Shown here piece by piece: positions 1-12,817 of a stretch of DNA of 64,000 nucleotides (positions are counted from its first letter, which is position 1; each line of letters opens with the position of its first letter). The stretch is from positions 21,266,001 through 21,330,000 of the forward strand of contig NC_043023.1 in assembly GCF_006345805.1 (NCBI RefSeq), in the 5' to 3' direction. The translations under genes and the position numbers were made by a program. Below the pieces are notes generated by a model. That model made no database searches, was not told the origin of the DNA, and was given only the letters and a program-made list of their open reading frames with translations. Source of the DNA: Octopus sinensis. Lineage: Eukaryota.

Positions 1-454
1 CTTAATTTGGATTTGGAAACACTAAAAAGAAGGAACTTTACCTATCAGCGAACTACTCGCTTCAGATGAACCACTCCAACTAACAGTGTCAACAAATTCA
101 AAATGCGCAGGCGTAAAATTCTGCACTCCCCATTCCACGCACGTGGTCTATCTAGCAAACATTATATTTTAACCGCGAGAACCGAGGTAGTATGACCGAG
201 AGAAATGAATTATAATATCAACAATTGAGGGTAAAATTAATTAATTAATCAATTTCACCAAGTGTTAAGTATGTTCTCGCGGTTAAAATATAATGTTTGC
301 TAGATAGACCACGTGGGTGGAATGGGGAGTGCAGAATTTTACGCCTGCGCATTTTGAATTTGTTGACACTGTTAGTTGGAGTGGTTCATCTGAAGCGAGT
401 AGTTCGCTGATAGGTAAAGTTCCTTCTTTTTAGTGTTTCCAAATCCAAATTAAG
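1..454. repeat. ~181-bp inverted repeat (1-181 / 274-454) with ~92-bp spacer; probable inverted Penelope-like pseudo-LTR, cut by window edge
   Basis: 1-181 (cttaatttggatttgg...aaccgcgagaa) is the near-perfect reverse complement of 274-454 (ttctcgcggtt...ccaaatccaaattaag); immediately followed by a hammerhead motif. Confidence 0.9.
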
Positions 455-458
455 AAAT

Positions 459-521
459 TTTGAGCTGACGATAGAAATGCTGATTTTATTTGGCTAATCT
501 TGAAACGTTGACGTACTCAAA
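459..521 (+). ncRNA. Type I hammerhead ribozyme motif
   Basis: Stem I tttgag(459-464)/ctcaaa(516-521), core CTGACGA (465-471), imperfect stem II, GAAA (502-505), stem III cgt-tg-acg, GUA cleavage triplet ending at 515. Confidence 0.75.
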
Positions 522-702
522 CGATCTATGTACTTGTGATATTTTTCTGTATTTACCCCCAAACCTTCGTGAGCTGTCTAGAGTAAACATTATCTGAGAG
601 AAATTTTTCTTTAAGTAGTAGAAATGCTAACAAAATTTTTTTTGGCTGCTATTTCTACTTAGTTCAGTATGTGGCAAAGTAATTTATTTTACTAAGCCCT
701 AA

Positions 703-756
703 TTATATATATATATATACATACATATATATTATATATATATATATAATATATAT

Positions 757-795
<39 letters not shown>
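703..795. repeat. (TA)n microsatellite
   Basis: Direct inspection. Confidence 0.95.
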
Positions 796-797
<2 letters not shown>

Positions 798-800
<3 letters not shown>

Positions 801-1195
801 AGTGGCTGTTTGGTAAGTAGCCTGCTAACCAACCACTGGTCCCGGGTTCAGTCCCACTGCGTGGCATCTTTGGCAATTGTCTACTGCTATAGCCCCGGGC
901 CGACCAATGCCTTGTGAGTGGATTTGGTAGACAGAAACTGAAAGAAGCCTGTCGTATATATGTATTATATATATGTGTGCGTATGTGTTTGTGTGTCTGT
1001 GTTTGTCCCCCTAGCATTGCTTGACAACAGATGCTGGTGTTTACGTCCCCGTCACTTAGCGGTTCGGCAAAAGAGACCGATAGAATAAGTACTGGGCTTA
1101 CAAAGAATAAGTCCCGGGGTCGATTTGCTCGACTAAAGGCGGTGCTCCAGCATGGCCGCAGTCAAATGACTGAAACAAGTAAAAGAGTAAAAGAG
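798..1195 (+). mobile_element. tRNA-derived SINE, family A
   Basis: Head ggagtggctgtttggtaagtagc...ccgggttcagtccc (pol III A/B-box-like); tail ...cagtcaaatgactgaaacaagtaaaagag; other copies at 15231-15625 (-) and 31555-31940 (+). Confidence 0.8.
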
Positions 1196-1305
1196 TATAT
1201 ATGTGTGTGTGTGCGTATGTGTGTGTACACATATACATAAGAAGCCCGTCATATATATATATATTATATTTATATGTATATACATATAAATATATGAGCC
1301 CTGGT

Positions 1306-1341
<36 letters not shown>

Positions 1342-1352
1342 CACACACACAG

Positions 1353-1398
<46 letters not shown>

Positions 1399-1675
1399 TA
1401 TATATATATATTATATATATATATATATATAATGTTACTACATTGGCGTTGGCCATTAAAACAGACAAACACATTTAACAAAAACGGTGATGTGAATGCT
1501 TTTATTACTCAGAAGATACAAAGAGATTCAATGGGTTTAATCGACATACGTGGGCCTCTCTCTTTCTCTCTCATAGTTTTTCAAACAACTATGAAAAATT
1601 TAGGTCACACCAAATGAACTGAATTAGACTTTGAGCGGGTAAATAGTACAAACACCATTCAGCTTAAAATCGATA

Positions 1676-1775
1676 NNNNNNNNNNNNNNNNNNNNNNNNN
1701 NNNNNNNNNNNNNNNNNNNNNNNNNNNNNNNNNNNNNNNNNNNNNNNNNNNNNNNNNNNNNNNNNNNNNNNNNNN
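1676..1775. other. Assembly gap (100 N)
   Basis: Run of n. Confidence 1.
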
Positions 1776-1789
1776 GGCGTATCAATCGG

Positions 1790-1942
1790 TCATCTAGCAG
1801 TCGGAAGCGATGAAATAGAAGAGGTGGACAGCTATGTCTATCTCGGTCAAGAAGTGACTAGAGGTGAAAGATGGAGAATGAGATGTTGCGAAGGTTAAGA
1901 GCAGGATGGAGAGCTTTCACCTCACTGAAGGATTTGCTGAAG
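1790..1942 (+). mobile_element. Short RTE-type LINE RT fragment
   Basis: Translates to IEEVDSYVYLGQEVT and, after a frameshift, ENEMLRRLRAGWRAFTSLKDLLK; typical post-RT YLG region of non-LTR elements. Confidence 0.6.
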
Positions 1943-1964
1943 GTATATTTATATATACATATAC

Positions 1965-4900
1965 AAGTAACACACTCACAGGCAAGGAACACAGGTACAA
2001 GATTTTTGGGCAGGGAACACTGACGGGGTCGGGGGCGTGGGTATACTTCTTGCGGAGAAATGGGTAGATAAGGTAATCGAGGTAGTCAGAGTAAGTGACA
2101 GAGTAATTAAAATTAGATTAGTCATTCACCATAGTTCAGCTACCATCATCTCGGCATATGCCCCTCAACCAGGGCTACCGGAAGGACAAAAAGACCAATT
2201 CTATGACACCCTATTGCGGACTACCTCGTTGACATATGACAGTGACCTTCTCTTCGTGGCAGGGGATTTTAATGGACATGTTGGTCGGCATGTCGGGGGC
2301 TTCCATGGCGTTCATGGAGGCTACGGTTTTGGCTCTCGTAATGAGGAGGGAACCAGGCTGCTGGAGTTCTGCGATGCAAATGACCTTATGGTCTGCAATA
2401 CCAACTTCAGGAAACCCACCTCTCACCTAGTCACCTACCGTTCTGGCAGACACACTAGCCAGATTAACTACATCCTTGCCAGAAAAAGGGAAAGAGGGCT
2501 GCTTACAAATGCCAAAACCTTTCCAGGCGAAGAATGTACTCCTCAACATAGATTAGTAGTTAGCGACTTCAGGATCAGAGCTAAATGGTTGCCCAGAAGA
2601 AGACCAGCTTGGAGGAGAAGGGTCTGGAAGCTTAAAGATCCTGCAAATGGACAGAGATTTAGAGACATATTACTCGAAGCCTTTGACAAAATAGAAGGGG
2701 ATATAGCTTCATTTAATGTGGAAGACAACTGGAGATTTCTACGGGACAATCTGCTGACAGCCACTGACCAGATCTGTGGATGGAGCAAAGTACCAGCTCG
2801 ACCCAGAGTAACATGGTGGTGGAACACTGTGGTTGACAGGGCTATTAGACAAAAGAGACAGGCTTGGAAGGACTGGAAGAACGGTGGTAGCAGGGAATTG
2901 TATCAGACAGCCAGAAGGGAAGCTAGGAGACAGGTTTATTTAGCCAGAGGGGAAGCGGATAAGAAAAAATTTGCCAATGTTCTGAGCCGTGAGGATAAAA
3001 GACTTGAGGTATTTCATGTTGCAAGACAGTGTGTGAGAGAGAATCGTGATGTGGTAGGAGAGAAGTGTGTTCGCACGGATGATGGTTCACTTGCGCTAAA
3101 TGAGGATGCAAAGAGAGAGGTTTGGAGATGCCACTATGAAAGGTTGCTGAATAAAGAAAATGAATGGGATAAAGAGAGTCTGCCGAATGTCAACCCAACA
3201 GAGGGACCAGCCATCCGAGTTGAAAATTCTTTGGTAGTTAAAGCAATTAGAAGCATGAAGACAGGGAAAGCCCCAGGCCCATCAGGAATTACTGCAGAGA
3301 TGCTCAAAATATCTGGCAGTGTCGGCTATAACCTAGTCACCCGTATAGTCAACCAGGTGATACACGAAGGAGTCATACCGAATGACTGGTGTGGCAGCAT
3401 ACTAGTCAACTGCTACAAAGGTAAAGGTGATGCCCTAGATACAAATAATTACAGAGGTATCAAGCTGTTGGATCAGGTGATGAAGGTTACGGAGAGGGTC
3501 ATAGCCCAACTAATTAGAGAGAGAGTTAGTTTAGATGAGATGCAGTTTGGGTTCGTGCCAGGGAAAAGTACCTCTGATGCTATATTCCTGGTAAGGCAGC
3601 TGCAGGAGAAATACTTAGCCAAAGATAAGCCCCTGTACCTGGCTTTCGTTGACATGGAGAAAGCCTTTGATAGGGTCCCCCGATCCCTTATCTGGTGGTC
3701 AATGAGGAAACTAGGGATAGATGAATGGCTGGTGAGGGCTGTGCAAGCCATGTACAGAGATGCCGTAAGTAAGGTTAGGGTTGGCAACATGTACACAGAA
3801 GAATTCAAAGTAGAGGTTGGGGTCCACCAGGGTTCAGTGCTCAACCCCCTCCTATTTATCATAGTCCTCCAGGCAATTACGGAGGAATTCAAGACAGGTT
3901 GCCCCTGGGAGCTCCTCTATGCTGACGACCTTGCTCTAATTGCTGAGTCACTATCAGAACTGGAGGAGAAGTTCCAGGTGTGGAAGGAGGGCCTAGAATC
4001 GAGGGGCCTTAGAGTCAATCTAGCTAAAACCAAAGTCGTAATAAGTTGGAAGGTAGACAATCCACAAATGTCTTCAGGAAGATGGCCCTGTTCAATCTGT
4101 AGAAAAGGTGTGGGTAGAAACTCTATAAGATGTACCCAGTGTAAGCTATGGACACATAAGAGGTGCAGCAATGTCAAAGGTAGGCTAACTGGGAAGATAG
4201 TTTTTGTATGTGGCAGATGCTCGGGAGCATTAACCTCCGAAAATCTGCAGAAAACAACTTCCGTCACTTTCCAGGGGAAAAAAACTATAAGTTGTTGATA
4301 GCTTCCGTTATCTAGGTGACCAAGTCAGTTGTGGGGGTGGGTGCGCTGAAAGTGTAACTGCTAGAATAAGAATAGCCTGGGCAAAGTTTAGGGAGCTCTT
4401 ACCTCTGCTGGTGACTAAAGGCCTCTCGCTCAGAGTAAAAGGCAGACTGTATGATGCAGGTGTACGAACAGCCATGCTACATGGCAGTGAAAAATGGGCC
4501 GTGACTGCTGAGGACATGCGTAAGCTTGTGAGGAATGAAGCCAGTATGCTCCGATGGATGTGTAATGTCAGTGTACATACTCGACAGAGCGTTAGTACCT
4601 TGAGAAGCATTAGTTGTACCTAAGAAGCATCAGTTGTGGTGTGCAAGAGAGATGATTGCTCTGGTATGGTCATGTGGCGAGAATGGATGAAGATAGGTGT
4701 GTGAGAAAGTGCCAATCCCTAGCAGTTGAGGGAACCCGTGGAAGAGGTAGACCCAGGAAAACCTGGGACGAGGTGGTGAAGCACGACCTTCGAACTTTAG
4801 GCCTCACTGAGGAAATGACCAGCGACCGAGACCTTTGGAAATATTCTGTACGTGAGAAGACCAGGCAGGTCAAGTGAGCCCAGCCCACTTATGCATGCCT

Positions 4901-5378
4901 TTCCTCCCTTGGACACAAAGACCTGTTGAGGCAAGCGAAGTCGATATAGAACCTCATCCGATGACAGACACCCATGCCAACCCCCTTTGCTTGCGAAGAC
5001 ATGTTGGGGCAAGCGAAATCGAAATAGAAATCGAATTGAACCAGCCAGGATCCCTGGTCTGGTGGTACGTAAAAAGCACTATCCGACTCGTGGCCGATGC
5101 CAGCGCCGCCTCGACTGGCCTCCGTGCCGGTGGCACGTAAAATACACCAATCCGACCGTGGCCGTTGCCAGCCTCGCCTGGCACCTGTGCAGGTGGCACG
5201 TAAAAAGCACCCACTACACTCATGGAGTGGTTGGTGTTAGGAAGGGCCTCCAGCTGTAGAAACATTGCCAGATAACACTGGAGTCTGGTGCAGCCTTCTG
5301 GCTTCCCAGATCCCCGGTCGAACTGTCCAACACATGCTAGCATGGAGAACGGACGTTAAACGATGATGATGATGATGA
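1965..5378 (+). mobile_element. Near-full-length (5'-truncated) RTE-clade LINE with (GAT)n tail
   Basis: APE motifs (SAYAP, GDFNGHVG, QHRLV), RT motifs (QFGF, FVDMEKAFD, GVHQGS, YADD), C-terminal GTRGRGRPRKTW, ~500-bp 3' UTR ending ggacgttaaacgatgatgatgat. Confidence 0.95.
2037..4877 (+). pseudogene. RTE LINE ORF (APE endonuclease + reverse transcriptase + Cys/His PHD-like finger), disrupted after ~4285
   Basis: 753-aa open frame 2037-4298; frameshift in the A-run near 4279-4285; continuation VVDSFRYLGD...LYDAGVRTAMLHGSEKW and, after further disruption, WYGHVARMDED...RPRKTW to 4877. Confidence 0.9.
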
Positions 5379-5408
5379 TCACACACACACACACATATAT
5401 ATATATAT

Positions 5409-6450
5409 CATCATCATCATCATCATCATTTAGCGTCCGTTTTCCATGCTAGCATGGGTTGGACGGTTCAACTGGGGTCTGGGGAGCCCGATGGCTGCAC
5501 CAGGCCAGTCAGATCTGGCAGTGTTTCTACAGCTGGATGCCCTTCCTAACGCCAACCACTCCGAGAGTGTAGTGGGTGATTTTATGTGCCACCGACACAG
5601 GTGCCAGACGAGGCTGGCGAACGGCCACGCTCGGATGGTGTTTTTATGTGCCACCGACACAGGTGCCAGACGAGGCTGGCAGACGGCCACGCTCGGATGG
5701 TGTTTTTATGTGCCACTGACACAGGTGCCAGATGAGGCTGGCGGACGGCCACGATCGGATGGTGTTTGTTACGTCCCCAAAGCACGGAGGCCAGTCTATG
5801 CGGTACTGGCTACAGCCACGTTCGGATGATTTTCTTGTGTGCCACCGGCACTGGTACCACAAAGATACAAATTCCATTGATGTTCATCTATTTTGATTTG
5901 ATTTGATTTGATTTGATTTGATTTGATTTGATTTTCACTTGCCTCAACAGGTCTTCACAAGTGTCACAGGAAGGAAGGAAGGTATGCACAGGTGGACTGG
6001 TACCACAAAGATACAAATTCCATTGATGTTCATCTATTTTGATTTGATTTGATTTGATTTGATTTGATTTTCACTTGCCTCAACAGGTCTTCACAAGTGT
6101 CACAGGAAGGAAGGAAGGTATGCACAGGTGGACTGACTACGTCCCAAGTAGGGGCCACGGGTTATGGCCTGACTAGTCTTGCCGGGTCTTCGGTTGGTGT
6201 TTTTATGTGCCACCGACACAGGTGCCAGATGAGGCTGGCGAACGGCCACGATCGGATGGTGTTTGTTATGTGCCCACGTCACAGAGGCCAGTCGATGCGG
6301 TACTGGCTACGGCCACATTCGGATGGTTTTCTTGTGTGCCAACGGTACTGGTACCACAAAGATACAAATTCCATTGATGTTCATCTATTTTGATTTGGTT
6401 TGATTTGATTTGATTTGATTTGATTTGATTTTCACTTGCCTCAACAGGTC
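5409..6450 (-). mobile_element. RTE 3'-UTR-derived element with internal ~60-bp and higher-order tandem repeats and (TTTGA)n
   Basis: Starts with (cat)n and tagcgtccgttttccatgctagc, the reverse complement of the RTE 3' end; near-identical to 32862-34450. Confidence 0.8.
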
Positions 6451-7909
6451 TATATAATCATGTAGTCAAATGATCAAATACACTGTCAGATGTTACACAT
6501 CACTTGTCACAATGTGCTTTGCATCGTTTTACGTTTTGAATGATGCCACTCCACTGGTTAGGAAAGGAGGCGAACATTCGGATGTCTTGGGAAAGGAAGG
6601 GCATTGCAAGAATCAAACCCACGATCTAGCTATTGTGAGGGTAACACCCGAATCACTATGCCATACAGCTACTCACACATGCACACGAGTATACACATAC
6701 ATAGACTTATATATGTACGTTTATGCATATAAAGCAATCATTTTACACCTTTTCTCCATACTACCATGGGTTGTATGAGTATATTATCAATCCATTCTTT
6801 TTGCATATGGATCCCCTTCATTTTATTAACCCTTACCTGTTGTTCAAGGGATCCCTTATTCCAATGGTTTGTCTATTAACAGGGAAAATGATAATCTAAT
6901 CGTTCATAGCTGAGCAATTTTCAGTAAAAGCAAATGGAAACATACAAACACACACACATACACACAAACACACACATATATATGTATGCACACATACACA
7001 CACACATATATGTATGCACACGTACACACACACACACACAAGCACTTCATTTTGGCAGTTTATTTCACTGGTCCTCAGATTTTGTCCAGCAGTGTACGAT
7101 GTGCTTCTCACAGATTATCTCTATTTAATCCACTCAGAAGTCTTGATTAGTCATGGGATTTAGAAGAAGGTACTTGCCCAAGGTGTCATACAGTGGGTCA
7201 AAACTTTTGGTTGGCGTTTGGAAGGTCATCCAGCAGTAAAATACCTGATAAAATAGACAGTAGCCCAGGGTAGTTTTTTCTACCTGTATGGCTCCTGTCG
7301 TCCATCTTACTCATGAAGGCATGGAAGGTGGACGGTATGCGGTTATGATGATGATGATGATGTTAGTATATATATATATACGTATACACATAATGGAAAT
7401 TTATTAAATAATTATGAAGTAGTCATAAAGATATTTGCAAAAGTTTATTAAGTAAGCGCTTGTTGATAGTGTCTGTCGAAATATTAGCAAAGTAGATGAG
7501 ATCAAATCAAAGATCAATACAGGACGTTTTATTGAACAAACTCCGTTTCATTGATTCTTTTACTAGTTTTCATAAATTTGCTTTTCTTTAGAGAATCAAT
7601 TTGTTTTTTTATATAAAGTGTCCCCCACCCTAGCTGGAGTATGATCCACAGATTTATAGCTCAAGATGTAAGCAGAGGAATGTAGCTAACCTAAAGACAC
7701 AACTCAATGACTGTTGTTAGGCTTATTAGTGTCAAGAAGAACATTCAGCTATGAATAATACTTTAGATAAACTGAAGTTTACAATATCAATGTTATCTTA
7801 TGCAAGATTTTAGAACCATCAACTTCTGTTTATTGTTGTTTAACTTATTTTATAAGTTTTTTTAAAACTGTTTTGTTTTCTTTCTTTTTCGACTGATTTT
7901 ATTCAAAAG

Positions 7910-7989
7910 ACATAGCGAATATCAGACAGAAAATTTCGGAGGATGACATTGAAGGGTTTAAAAAATTAATAAGAAAGGATCCAACAATA
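7910..7989 (+). CDS. Candidate internal exon of the ankyrin-RING-death-domain gene (DIANIRQKISEDDIEGFKKLIRKDPTI)
   Basis: Pyrimidine tract + AG at 7908-7909, GTAAGT at 7990, open frame, ends in phase 0 matching the next exon. Confidence 0.55.
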
Positions 7990-8149
7990 GTAAGTTGTTC
8001 TGTTTATTGCCTTCTCAAATTTGATTGTTTATTATTTTATACACAATATGAAATGTTTTATACACAATATGAAAAGTAGCCACATATATTGTTCCATGAT
8101 ATTTCATTTCTTTCTTCACTCTTTTCTCTAATCCTCATCATCGACATTT

Positions 8150-9370
8150 TTCCCTGTCATCTGTAGTGGAGGAATTTAAAGTAGCAAAATGTAATGTAAT
8201 GATGTACAGAGTCTCTAAGGACGAGCTTGTCAGACATGCAGGTATTACCACAAGGTGTGGGTAACTAGCACCGCTGTCGCTCAGGCTGAAGGCATGCTGG
8301 AGCTACGCGTCATAATTGGAGCTACATGTTGGGGTCGCCAGGGACTTGGCTCTTCCTATTTCCAACAATGGAAGAAAGCAGACACCAGGGAGAGGCGGGC
8401 TATGACTCAGAAAGCAATGTGGAACCAGGAGGAAGATAAAAGGAAATCAAGAGCTGTGGAGTTGGTATCTCTGGGTGCATGGACTAAATGGGATCTCCCT
8501 AAGAGGAAGCTCACATGGACTGACCTGTGGAGGCTGGAACCTTTGCACATCTCCTTCCTGCATGGAGCGGTGTATGACACACTCCCGACGCCAACAAACC
8601 TGCACAGATAAGGTTTGAGGGAAGACCAGCTGTGTAGACTTTGTGGGAAAGGGGCACTCTGGCACACATCTTGGCAGGGTGCAGAATAACACTTTCTCAA
8701 GGCAGATACAAATACTTGCTCACACCCTGGAGCAGTAAAGGTGTAAGAAACATCATCACCAAGGGAAGATAACTGCCACAATTAAGTTCGTGAAAGAGGG
8801 AGAGAAACCAGTAAAGCCAGCAAAAGCAAAACATAGCTTGCTGCAAGGGTCTCAACCATGGGATATGAAGGTAGACTTAGGGAAGAGATTGCAGTTTCCC
8901 CAGGTTGTCCATACAACCCTGAGGCCTGATGTGGTCCTGTGGTCTGAAAAAGCTGAGAAAATTATCATAATTGAACGAACAGTCACGTGGGGAGCGGGTT
9001 GTAACGAGGCCCATGAACGGAAGTGTGACAGATATAAGAACATTCTGCAGAATTGCAGGGAGAAGGTATGGCAGGTATGGATTTTCCTAGTGGAGGTTGG
9101 CTGTAGGGAATTCTTTGTCCAGTCGGCATGGAGGATTTTTACAGCAACTGTAATGAGAGGTAAGGAGGGAAGAGTGGGTGTGCACGGATGGGAGAGGCAA
9201 CTGAAAGAGCCTTTTGCTGGCTTTGGTGTAAGAGAGAAGATTAACGCTGGAAGGCTTGAGGAGTTGAGGAGCAGTGAATTGGCCACCTCTGTTGACCCAC
9301 CAATGGTAGGTGTTACGTTTCAGAGTCGAAACATCCGATGAACGAGGGATAACATCTGACAACATTGGTT
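8150..9370 (+). mobile_element. Degenerate 3' part of an RLE-type non-LTR retrotransposon (Hero/NeSL-like)
   Basis: AVYDTLPTPTNL, CCHC knuckle CRLCGK..LAHILAGC, PD-(D/E)xK nuclease LRPDVVLWSEKAEKIIIIERTVTW...EAHERKCDRY, VEVGCR; stops and frameshifts. Confidence 0.85.
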
Positions 9371-9440
9371 TCTCCTGGACAAGGCAACCATTCACTTTGG
9401 TGAATAGATAAAGCACATCCTTATGGGTGTTATTAACTCT

Positions 9441-9471
<31 letters not shown>

Positions 9472-9719
9472 GTGTGTATACTGCCAAGCAGATGTGTGTG
9501 TATTATTGAGTGGGGTTTGTGTGTATGCATGTGTATCTATGTTAGTGTGTGTCCCCAACTGCTAATTGATAACCGGTGTTGGTGTATTTGCATCCCTGTT
9601 ACTTAGCACTTAAGCAAAAGAGGGCTAGAGGTTGCTGCTCATCAGACAGAAAAGGTACCACACATAAAAGACAAAATCAAGGAGGAGCCCCAGCATGGCC
9701 ACAGTCTCATGACTGAAAC

Positions 9720-11048
9720 AAGCAGAAGAGAGAAAGAAAAAGAAAGAGAAAAAAGAAGAGAGGAAGAGAAAAATAGAAGAAAGAAAAGAAAATATAGAGA
9801 GAACTATAGAGAAGACGAAAAGAGAAAAGAAACAGAGAAAGAGAGAGAGAAAAAAAGAGAGAAAAGATAAAGAGAATGAGATTGGAAAAAGAAAACGAGA
9901 GAGAAAAGAAAGAGAGAAATGAATGAGTGGGAGAGAGGAAGAAGGATAAAAATAAAACGAGAGGGAGAAAGAAGGAGAGAAAAGCGAGAAAAGAAAGAGA
10001 GAAAAGAAAGAGAGAGAGAAAAAGAAACAAGAGGAAGAAAGAGATGAAGAAGGGGGGGGGAGAAAGAGAGAAAAGAAAGAGAGAAAAGAAAGAGAGAAAA
10101 GAAAGAGAGAGAGAGAGAAAAAAAGAGAGAAAAGAAAGAGAGAGAGAAAAGACAATGAGGAAATGAGAGAGAAAGAGAGAATAGACAAAGAAAACGAGCG
10201 AAAGAGTGAAAAGAAAAAGATAGAGAGAGATAGGGAGAAGGAAAAGCAGAAAATAAAAAGAGAGAGAAAAGAAGCAGAGAGGGAGAGAGCGAGAATAGAA
10301 AAAGAGGAAGAGAGAAAGATGGAAGGTAAGAGAAGAAAAAGGGACTGAGAGAAATAAAGAGAGAAAAAGGGAGAGAGAGAGAGAGAGGAAGAAAGAGGAA
10401 AAACAAACAGTGAAAGAGAGAGAAATGAGAAAGAGATGGATAACGAGACGAAAAAGGGATAAAGAGAATGAGAGAAAAGAAAGAGGGAGAAAGAGAGAAA
10501 AGAAAGGGAGAAGGCAGGAGAGGAGAGAAAAGAAAGAGGGAGAAAGAGAGAAAAGAAAGTGAGAAGGCAAGAGAGGAGAGAAAAGAAAGGGAGAAAGAGA
10601 GAAAAGAAAGTGAGAAGGCAAGAGAGGAGAGAAAAGAAAGAGGGAGAAGAGAGAAAAGAAAGTGAGAAGGCAAGAGAGGAGAGAAAGAAAAAAGTAAGTC
10701 CCTTAAAGGGAGAAAAGGAAAAGAGGGAAAGAAAAGAAAAAGGAAATGACAAAGAGACAGAGAAAGAGAGGGAGAGGGAGGAAGAGAGAAAAAGAGAAGA
10801 GAAAAATTGCCAGAGAAAAGAGATAACAGAGAGAAAGAGGAAGAGAGAGACAAAGAGAGAAAGAGGGGGAAAAAAGGAGAGAGATAAAGAAGAGAGAAAA
10901 GTAAAGCAGGAGAGAAAGTGATAAAAGAAAAGAGAGATAAAAAGAGAGGAAGGAAAGAAAGAGAAAGAGAGAACAAATACTAAGAGACATAGAGAGAGAG
11001 AAAGATAGAAAGGAAAATGTGAGAGAGAGAGGAAAAGAAAAGAGAAAA
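9720..11048. repeat. ~1.3-kb almost pure polypurine (GA-rich) low-complexity tract
   Basis: Nearly only A/G on + strand; internal ~50-bp repeat gagaaaagaaagtgagaaggcaagagagga at ~10540-10690. Confidence 0.95.
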
Positions 11049-12462
11049 GCGTTTCTACATATTCACTGAAACCACGGGTCTCCCATAAATATGAAAGAAT
11101 TTGCCTCGGCTACTCTAGCAATAACATCCCCACGTCATCCAACGAACTATACACCCGTATGCAGCTGGAAAAGCTATTGGACGTGATTAGGCGTATGAGG
11201 CGAAGGGCTTTTCTACCCTCCATATTTAGAAGAGGTCTTAGGCCAACAGGTTTTGGGGTCTAATGATACGCCATGAAGCTAAATCCTTTTTGGACCGGAG
11301 ACCAAGGGTAATCCCGGAAACTGGCCTTCCCCGGTTTTAAAATATACACTGCTCTACATCTTAGAGTGTGCTTCTTCTCCGGATTTATCTTTTCTGCAAA
11401 CAAAACAAATATATACGTAGGTATGTCATTATTCAGTTTATTTCCAGATATTCTATTTTTCACTTTATGTCAACATCCGCTGGACAGCTAATTCCCACAA
11501 CTGTGAACAGTTTCTCTATATATGTATGTATGTATGTCTGCACACACACACACACACACGTTGTGATATAATTGTCACTTAGTCTACCTCAGGAATTTCA
11601 GGGTTTTTTGAGTTTTATTACAAATGGGGGATTGGGAAATGGAGTATTGACCCATTTTGCATCGGACCCTTGTGGTTTGGATGTGTTGCATCCTCCGGTA
11701 CAGATTCATTGCATCTGGTGTCTTGTTTTACAGAAGAAACCTCACTAAATATTCTCGGTTTCGCTTGGCATGTTGTTGCCAGGAGGTTGTTGGCTATAAT
11801 GCTATAATCCAAGAACCTACTGACAACAACAGCATACCAAGCGATACCGAGAACTCTCCCACCCACAAGGAATCGATGCAAGATGGGTCAAACCAATTGT
11901 TGTGATGAATAAATTTTCTCGTGAACTTCATTTTACATATTCCTCATTCAACATATATATTTATATATCCAACAGTAATGTATATAAATCTCTCTCTCTC
12001 TCCTATATATATATATATATATATATATTTGAGTGTGTTTCTGTGTATGTGTGTGTGCACACGCATTAATTTCATGGGGGTGGACACTAACCACCTCAAC
12101 AGTTTTATGAACTTCTTATTAATTATAACAACATCAAAAGTATACTTTAGAAATTTTAATTCTTCTTTACTAGTCTTGATCTGTTAATCATGTGTTCACT
12201 CGTGTTCAGCTCCCCTAAAACTTACTATAGTTAGGAATAAAGGTAGATTAAGCTGAAACAATCTATTTAGGACATCTTTATCCTGTCTAGAACACATTCT
12301 CAAAGCAACATCTAGAGGATCTTACGAAGGTTGATTTTACGGGCAAACATCAAATGTACATGATCAGTTTGATCAAGTATACAGTAGAAGACAATAATGA
12401 CACATTGATATCCATCCTGATTTTCATGTAAATTTTCATTTTCTATTTTTACTTCCACAAAG

Positions 12463-12672
12463 GGTTCACTTCAGTTGGATATTCGGAACAAAAATAAAAT
12501 GACACCATTGCTTGAAGCCGTTTCCCGGGGTCACCTCGGAATGACACACAAGCTAATAGCCCTGGGTGCAAGCATAAATGCTGTTGATGGTGAAGGTAAC
12601 AGCTGTTTGCACCTTGCCATGGAAACAGAAGTGTTTAATTCCGAGGGTGCACCCATGGATTTACTAAACGAA
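12463..12672 (+). CDS. Ankyrin-repeat exon of MIB-like gene (GSLQLDIRNKNKMTPLLEAVSRGHLGMTHKLIALGASINAVDGEGNSCLHLAM...LLNE)
   Basis: Ankyrin consensus TPL..A...GH...L...GA.IN..D..G.S.LHLA; AG at 12461-12462, GTAAGT at 12673; phase 0/0. Confidence 0.9.
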
Positions 12673-12761
12673 GTAAGTTTTTAAATTGTTTGTGTGTGTA
12701 TATATATATCATCATCATCATCATCATCATCATTTAACGTCCGATGATGATGATGATGATG

Positions 12762-12817
<56 letters not shown>

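Noticed and set aside
9625-10990. 300-390-aa Phe/Ser/Leu and Arg/Glu/Lys ORFs
   Set aside because: Artefacts of the polypurine tract, which lacks stop codons
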